Part shown: piece by piece, positions 1 through 4,445 of the stretch
Layout of the letters: each line of letters begins with the position of its first letter
Position numbering within the stretch: position 1 is the first letter of the stretch
Assembly (NCBI GenBank): GCA_016840425.1
Contig: JAEOSI010000147.1
Span: 1 to 6,017 of the forward strand
Direction of reading: 5' to 3'
DNA from: Candidatus Wukongarchaeum yapensis
Lineage (GTDB): Archaea; Asgardarchaeota; Wukongarchaeia; Wukongarchaeales; Wukongarchaeaceae
Length of the DNA: 6,017 nt
Made by a program: the position numbers and the translations under genes
Notes under the pieces: generated by a model
The model's database searches: none
What the model was told of the DNA's origin: nothing
Seen by the model: the letters and a program-made list of their open reading frames with translations, nothing else

Positions 1-246
1 TCCCTAAAAATCCTTAAAAAAGACCCTATAATAGAGGGGATCGAAGACGATTCCTACGTATATTTTGTCCACAGTTACTACCCAAATTCTGAAGAAAGAG
101 CTGTTGCAAAAACCTCTTATGGTGTCGATTTTCCTTCAATAGTCAGCAAAAACGAACAGATATTTGCCACCCAATTCCACCCGGAAAAAAGCGGTAAAAC
201 AGGGCTTAAAATACTAGAAAACTTCACAAAAATAATTAAAAGATGA
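1..246 (+). CDS. hisH: Imidazole glycerol phosphate synthase glutaminase subunit HisH, C-terminal part (5' truncated by window edge)
   Basis: Manual translation of frame 1 is open from base 1: SLKILKKDPIIEGIEDDSYVYFVHSYY...FATQFHPEKSGKTGLKILENFTKIIKR*. It has the HisH motifs YFVHSY and QFHPEKS (catalytic His-x-Glu). Stop TGA 244-246 overlaps the hisA ATG (ATGA). Confidence 0.96.
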   Translation, partial: SLKILKKDPIIEGIEDDSYVYFVHSYYPNSEERAVAKTSYGVDFPSIVSKNEQIFATQFHPEKSGKTGLKILENFTKIIKR

Positions 247-992
247 ACATAAAGAAGGTTTTTAAATTGTTTCTTGTTATTCCAAGCATCGACATAAGAA
301 AGGGAAAAAATGTAAGACTTATAAAAGGCTCCCCCAAAGCAGAAACCGTTTACGAAACCAGCCCCCTTGAAGCTGCTTACAACTGGCTTGAGAAAGGAGC
401 AAAAACCATCCACGTAATAGATTTAGATGCAGCTTTTGGTGAGGGTGAAAATGAAGAAATAATCAGGGAAATAATCACAAATATCGATGTAAAAGTCCAG
501 GTCGGTGGCGGCATCAGAACCCTTGAAAAAGCTTTTAGGCTCTTAGAAATGGGAGCAGAACGCGTTATTTTAGGAACATTGGCCTTTAAACAACCAGAAT
601 CCATAACAGAACTTGCAAAAGAAGCAGGATCCAGGCATGTAATGGTGGCAATAGATCACCTAAAAGGCGCGGTTGCTGTTGAAGGATGGAAAAAAGTGAC
701 CAAATTAGATGTACTAGAAGCAGCAAAGCTTTCAGTAGAAAAGGGTGCAAACTGGCTACTAGTCACCTCTATATTAAAGGACGGAACCCTTAGCGGTCCT
801 GAAGTTGGAAGTTTAAAACGTTTACGTGTAGAATTAAAAGAAGCAAAAATCATTGCTTCTGGCGGGATCAGCACCCTAAAAGATATTTTAGAAGTCAAGA
901 AGATAAGAATGGATGGCGTAGTTGTTGGAAAAGCTTTACATGAAGGAAAAATAAGTTTAGAAGAAGCGTTAAAGATAGAAAAGGAGGTATAA
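243..992 (+). CDS. hisA: ProFAR isomerase HisA
   Basis: Motifs IPSIDIRKGKNVRL, IHVIDLDAA, VQVGGGIRT, AERVILGT, VAID, LLVTSILKDGTLSGP, IIASGGI, GVVVGKALHEG. Lies between hisH and hisF. An alternative start is TTG at 267, preceded by AAGAAGGT. Confidence 0.96.
   Translation: MNIKKVFKLFLVIPSIDIRKGKNVRLIKGSPKAETVYETSPLEAAYNWLEKGAKTIHVIDLDAAFGEGENEEIIREIITNIDVKVQVGGGIRTLEKAFRLLEMGAERVILGTLAFKQPESITELAKEAGSRHVMVAIDHLKGAVAVEGWKKVTKLDVLEAAKLSVEKGANWLLVTSILKDGTLSGPEVGSLKRLRVELKEAKIIASGGISTLKDILEVKKIRMDGVVVGKALHEGKISLEEALKIEKEV
983..988 (+). promoter_or_regulatory. Shine-Dalgarno site for hisF
   Basis: GGAGGT in the last hisA codons, 10 nt before ATG 999. Confidence 0.7.
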
Positions 993-998
993 TGAAGC

Positions 999-1832
999 AT
1001 GTTAGCTAAGCGAATAATTCCGTGTCTTGATATGAAGGATGGACGCGTGGTTAAAGGTGTCAAGTTTGTTAATCTCAAGGATGCTGGAGATCCAGTAGAG
1101 CAAGCTCAATATTATAATTCTGAAGGCTCAGACGAGCTTGTATTTCTGGATATCACAGCAAGTAGTGATAAAAGGAAGATCTTAATAGATGTAGTAGAAC
1201 GTACAGCGGACGTTGTTTTCATCCCCTTCACAGTAGGCGGAGGCATTGGATCTATCCAAGATATGAGAGATGTGCTTTTAGCTGGTGCTGACAAAGTTTC
1301 TATAAACACAGCCGCAGTTAAAAACCCTGAAACAGTGAGGGAAGGTTCTAAAATTTTTGGTTCTCAATGCGTAGTAGTGGCAATAGACGCAAAAAGAGTC
1401 TACGTAGAAACTGATGACAATAAAAAGCAAAAAATAAAGGAGGAATCCGATAGGGTTATCGTGGAAACCGCTAAAGGAGCGTGTTGGTGGGAGGTTTATA
1501 CTCACGGTGGGAGAACCCCTACAGGCTTAGATGCAATCCTATGGGCTAAGCAAGTAGCAAGTCTTGGAGCTGGAGAAATACTTCTAACCTCTATGGATTG
1601 TGACGGTACAAAAAATGGCTACGACATAGAGTTAACAAGGGCGATAAGTGAAGCGGTAGAAGTTCCCGTGATAGCAAGTGGAGGCGCGGGAAAACCCGAA
1701 CACTTGTACGAAGCCCTTACCGAGGGAAAGGCTGATGCAGTCCTTGCTGCCTCTATATTCCACTATCGGGAATACACCATAAAAGAAGTTAAGAGATATT
1801 TAGCGGAAAGAGGCGTGTGCGTTAGAATATGA
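999..1832 (+). CDS. hisF: Imidazole glycerol phosphate synthase cyclase subunit HisF
   Basis: [11 protein letters not shown] (catalytic D11), [17 protein letters not shown] (catalytic D130), [38 protein letters not shown]. Has an extra ~25-aa loop after D130. Confidence 0.98.
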   Translation: MLAKRIIPCLDMKDGRVVKGVKFVNLKDAGDPVEQAQYYNSEGSDELVFLDITASSDKRKILIDVVERTADVVFIPFTVGGGIGSIQDMRDVLLAGADKVSINTAAVKNPETVREGSKIFGSQCVVVAIDAKRVYVETDDNKKQKIKEESDRVIVETAKGACWWEVYTHGGRTPTGLDAILWAKQVASLGAGEILLTSMDCDGTKNGYDIELTRAISEAVEVPVIASGGAGKPEHLYEALTEGKADAVLAASIFHYREYTIKEVKRYLAERGVCVRI

Positions 1833-2551
1833 AAACCGGAGAAGAAAGAGGTAAAAGAGTTGAGGATATAATAGGACAAGTTGATTTCGAGAAAGGAGAC
1901 GGCCTCGTCCCAGTAATAAGCCAAGAAACTTCAACAGGTAAAATATTAATGCTCGCCTATGCAGATAAAGAAGCTTTAAAAAAAACCATCGAAACAGGAT
2001 ATGCCCACTATTTCTCAAGGTCTAGAAACAAGCTTTGGATGAAAGGTGAAACTTCAGGACACGTGCAAAAAGTCCTAGAAATAAACATTGATTGTGATAA
2101 CGACGCGATACTCTTAAAAGTAGAACAGGTTGGCGCCTGTTGCCACAAAGGCTATCCTACATGCTTTTACAAAGAGCTTCTAAGGAAGGGAGAAGTCCAA
2201 GTTAAAGAAGAAAGGTTTTTTGACCCTTCAAAAGTATACGCTCACTGTAAGGTCCTTGATGAAATACAAGATGTGATAAAACAACGTATTAAAGAAAAGC
2301 CCAAGGACTCATATGTTGTAAAAATTTTTGAGGAAGGGACGGAAAAAATAGCTAAAAAAATCTTAGAAGAAGCATCGGAACTAGCGGTAGCCCTATTAAA
2401 AGAGGAAAAAGAACCGGTTATATATGAAGCGGCAGACCTTATTTTCCACATAATACTTGGAACAATCACAAGAGACGTGAAAAACGAAGAAATCTATGAA
2501 GAACTGAAAAAAAGGAGAAAAAAAGGAGAAAAAAAGGAGAAAAAAAGCTGA
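1829..2551 (+). CDS. hisIE: Bifunctional phosphoribosyl-AMP cyclohydrolase / phosphoribosyl-ATP pyrophosphatase (HisI-HisE fusion)
   Basis: HisI motifs [21 protein letters not shown] and CHKGYPTCF in the N-half. HisE (MazG-like) motifs [12 protein letters not shown] and YEAADLIFH in the C-half. Single uninterrupted ORF. ATGA overlap with the hisF stop. Confidence 0.95.
   Translation: MKTGEERGKRVEDIIGQVDFEKGDGLVPVISQETSTGKILMLAYADKEALKKTIETGYAHYFSRSRNKLWMKGETSGHVQKVLEINIDCDNDAILLKVEQVGACCHKGYPTCFYKELLRKGEVQVKEERFFDPSKVYAHCKVLDEIQDVIKQRIKEKPKDSYVVKIFEEGTEKIAKKILEEASELAVALLKEEKEPVIYEAADLIFHIILGTITRDVKNEEIYEELKKRRKKGEKKEKKS
2506..2547. repeat. Perfect 11-bp tandem repeat (GAAAAAAAGGA) x ~3.8
   Basis: A7 runs at 2507-2513, 2518-2524, 2529-2535 and 2540-2546, separated by GGAG. 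Confidence 0.95.
2506..2547 (-). terminator. Probable oligo-T terminator for the convergent 3147-2599 gene
   Basis: On the - strand this reads as four TTTTTTT tracts starting ~50 nt past the stop at 2599. Oligo-T tracts are established archaeal intrinsic terminators. Confidence 0.55.
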
Positions 2552-2561
2552 TAATCAACTA

Positions 2562-2570
2562 TTTTTCTTT
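2562..2570 (+). terminator. Probable oligo-T terminator of the his operon
   Basis: TTTTTCTTT 10 nt after the hisIE stop, at a convergent gene junction. Confidence 0.5.
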
Positions 2571-2598
2571 ATTAAACTCGTATACCCTAAAATCTCCT

Positions 2599-3147
2599 TT
2601 AAGTCTTCATTGCCCTCCTTATGCTACAGTTTTTCCAGTCTGCTTTACACAAACCGGTTAATCTTTGTTCTCCTAACGGGCCACCAGTAAGTTTACAAAT
2701 AGCCCCGCTAGCGTCTTCATAAAGGTCTGGGCAAGGCTCAACTTTAGGAGTAAGAAGCCCCAATCCTTCCGCTGAACCTGAACCAGAAGCCCCTGCTCCT
2801 GGAGGAGGTGGTGGCGGCGGCGCTCCTTTTTTTGGTTTACTTGGCGGTGCTACTGGAGCAGATGGTGGCGGAGTAGACGGAGGTCCCGGTGGACTAGATG
2901 GTGGCGGAGTAGACGGAGGTCCCGGTGGACTAGATGGTGGCGGAGTAGACGGAGGTCCCGGTGGCGGCGTGGTTGGTGCGGCTATCTTTTCCTCTTTTTG
3001 TTCTCCGGTTTTCCCAGAACTTCCTATAATATAGCCTAATGCTGCTCCTATACCAATCCCTAAAAAAAGCCATAATGGAGAATAACTATTATATAATAAA
3101 TCCTCTGTAAGATCTAAGACTATGTTTTCAAAGCTTAATCCAGCCAA
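2599..3147 (-). CDS. Hypothetical single-pass membrane protein with proline-rich repeat stalk and C-terminal four-cysteine domain
   Basis: 182-aa ORF with a TTG start and GAGGGT 7 nt upstream. TM at residues ~24-42 (PLWLFLGIGIGAALGYIIG). Residues 58-116 contain 34 Pro in 59 aa. C139-x11-C151-x15-C167-x6-C174. The repeat unit is a multiple of 3 and in frame. The ORF fills an otherwise empty gap. Confidence 0.85.
   Translation of the reverse strand: MAGLSFENIVLDLTEDLLYNSYSPLWLFLGIGIGAALGYIIGSSGKTGEQKEEKIAAPTTPPPGPPSTPPPSSPPGPPSTPPPSSPPGPPSTPPPSAPVAPPSKPKKGAPPPPPPPGAGASGSGSAEGLGLLTPKVEPCPDLYEDASGAICKLTGGPLGEQRLTGLCKADWKNCSIRRAMKT
2860..2964. repeat. Perfect 36-bp tandem repeat, 2.9 copies, encoding PPGPPSTPPPSS
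   Basis: Unit AGATGGTGGCGGAGTAGACGGAGGTCCCGGTGGACT starts at 2860, 2896 and 2932 (third copy 33 bp). No mismatches. Unit is 23/36 G+C in an AT-rich window. Confidence 0.98.
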
Positions 3148-3154
3148 ATTTATA

Positions 3155-3160
3155 ACCCTC
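3155..3160 (-). promoter_or_regulatory. Shine-Dalgarno-like site for the Pro-rich gene
   Basis: GAGGGT on the - strand, 7 nt before TTG 3147. Confidence 0.6.
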
Positions 3161-3204
3161 TTCTTAAACCAAATGGGTTCTAAACTCTTTCCGAACAGAG
3201 AAAC

Positions 3205-3228
3205 TATATTTTATTTAAGTTCTTCTCC
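3205..3228 (-). promoter_or_regulatory. Candidate archaeal BRE/TATA promoter for the Pro-rich gene
   Basis: - strand GGAGAAGAAC-TTAAATAAAATATA (purine-rich BRE-like stretch followed by an AT box), ~60 nt before the start. The region is AT-rich, so specificity is low. Confidence 0.35.
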
Positions 3229-3349
3229 TTATTAACTTCTACTTTTTCCTTTTCATCAGTTAATTTAGTTACTTAAAAGCCAAAACTGCTTTTATGTTGA
3301 ACCCATTAAATAAGAAATAGTTTCCATTATAAATAAATAATTTGGGGGG

Positions 3350-3385
3350 AAAAGACCAAAAAAATAAGGAATTAAAAAAAATTTT
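3350..3385 (-). terminator. Probable oligo-T terminator after the heliorhodopsin gene
   Basis: - strand reads AAAATTTTTTTTAATTCCTTATTTTTTTGGTCTTTT (T8 and T7 tracts), 30-60 nt after the stop at 3412. Confidence 0.55.
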
Positions 3386-3411
3386 ATTGGAGATATAGAT
3401 CAGGTATTTAA

Positions 3412-4188
3412 TTAGGCTCTACTAGGACCGCCTCTTGTTCCGCCGTATACTTGCCAAGCTAAGGCACTTTTTGCAATCAAGCTGAGAATGATGTACACCT
3501 TTTCTCCAAAGAGATAATCGTTCCATGGTCCCCATTTTTTATATTGTAAGTACATGTTTATTGCAAAGCTATTGTAAAGTAGTGCAAGAGTTATGTAGAT
3601 TACATAAACAAATCTTGGGATATCTCCTCCAGAAGTTTCTGAAAAGTAGAAGTATAAACCAATAACTAACCATGGTACGATTCCAGCTATACATCCAACT
3701 ATATATGATATCCATTTTGTGTCTTTTGTTGTTTGGTTATGTACCTCCATCACCATACCGCAAAGGCTCATTACTGCTGTTAAAGCAAATATCGCTATTA
3801 AACTTCCTACATCGTATATGCCCGATAGCATTGCGATTATGATGATCATTACTGATGCGCTGAAAGAGTATTCAATCCATCTTGCATAGTTTATTTTGTT
3901 CTTTAGATTCTTAACATACCAGTCATAGCGAACTGTAGCTACAAGAAAATGGTCAAGAGCAGCTAAAAATAAGAAAAGCGCGATCAAAGGACCAAGTTGG
4001 ATATCAAATAGAACTTTTGTTTCTTGGAATAATTTGCCAGATTCTTCCGTTAAATACGTCGCTTTAATAGGTACTGAAAAATCAACGCTAATAATTAATA
4101 TCAAAATACCCTGAAATAAATGAACAAAAGCTGTTGCAAGGTTGAATTTTTTTAAGTACCAGAATTTAGCTTCATCTGTTGCTGACAT
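3412..4188 (-). CDS. heR: Heliorhodopsin (HeR), 258 aa
   Basis: Seven hydrophobic segments with the HeR signatures FN...H23LFQ26, long A-B loop, H80, N100..R103W104xE106Y107SxS110 (counterion), M140..G144..E148, PW173, N206xFA, E229..Y232..LS236LIAK240SALAWQ (retinal Lys). As recalled, very similar to Thermoplasmatales TaHeR. ATG 4188 is preferred over the track's TTG 4212 because GGAGTGA lies 5 nt upstream of it. Confidence 0.96.
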   Translation of the reverse strand: MSATDEAKFWYLKKFNLATAFVHLFQGILILIISVDFSVPIKATYLTEESGKLFQETKVLFDIQLGPLIALFLFLAALDHFLVATVRYDWYVKNLKNKINYARWIEYSFSASVMIIIIAMLSGIYDVGSLIAIFALTAVMSLCGMVMEVHNQTTKDTKWISYIVGCIAGIVPWLVIGLYFYFSETSGGDIPRFVYVIYITLALLYNSFAINMYLQYKKWGPWNDYLFGEKVYIILSLIAKSALAWQVYGGTRGGPSRA

Positions 4189-4193
4189 TATTC

Positions 4194-4200
4194 TCACTCC
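4194..4200 (-). promoter_or_regulatory. Shine-Dalgarno site for heliorhodopsin
   Basis: GGAGTGA on the - strand, 5 nt before ATG 4188. Confidence 0.8.
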
Positions 4201-4248
4201 TAATTTCTTCAAACTTAGACTGAACGATTATTTGCCATCAAGAATTGA

Positions 4249-4267
4249 TTTAAACGTTCTTTCCCCA
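4249..4267 (-). promoter_or_regulatory. Candidate BRE/TATA promoter for heliorhodopsin
   Basis: - strand GGGGAAAGAACG-TTTAAAT, ~60 nt upstream of the ATG. Confidence 0.35.
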
Positions 4268-4445
4268 GTATTTTTACTTAATAAAGATTATCATTCGAAA
4301 TAGAAAAGGAAAAAAATCTAAAAGAACGTTTTCAAAGATTTTTCTAAACTTTTAAACAGATATGCAAAAAATGAAAGAAGCAAAGTTTTTAGTAGTTGCG
4401 TTTTCTGACTTGCTTTAAAATTTATTTTGGTATAAATAAAAGATT

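Noticed and set aside
117-604. - strand ORFs 117-413 and 377-604
   Set aside because: Antisense shadows of hisH and hisA with no motifs or RBS.
656-1505. - strand ORFs 656-1078, 1112-1309 and 1278-1505
   Set aside because: Antisense to well-supported hisA and hisF. Composition is typical of shadow frames.
1800-2469. - strand ORFs 1800-2018 and 2242-2469
   Set aside because: Antisense to hisIE. Their hydrophobic look comes from reverse-complemented Lys/Glu codons.
2506-2547. GGAG triplicate as ribosome-binding sites, or the repeat as a CRISPR remnant
   Set aside because: There is no downstream start or ORF, and there are no spacers between the units.
2860-2964. 36-bp repeat as a CRISPR array
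   Set aside because: Units are head-to-tail with no unique spacers, lie in frame in a CDS, and no cas genes are present.
2795-2970. G-quadruplex potential from GGN runs on the + strand
   Set aside because: Only two-G runs, fully explained by proline codons on the - strand.
3173-3235. 20-codon + strand ORF MGSKLFPNRETIFYLSSSPY
   Set aside because: No SD, no recognisable features, and it overlaps the probable promoter of the opposite gene.
4189-4212. Track's upstream TTG start for heliorhodopsin (MKKLGVRI extension)
   Set aside because: The extension contains the SD (GGAGTGA) for ATG 4188, and the length from 4188 matches known HeRs.
2552-4445. Two-gene block as a mobile element
   Set aside because: No integrase or transposase, tRNA target, terminal repeats or target-site duplication was seen.
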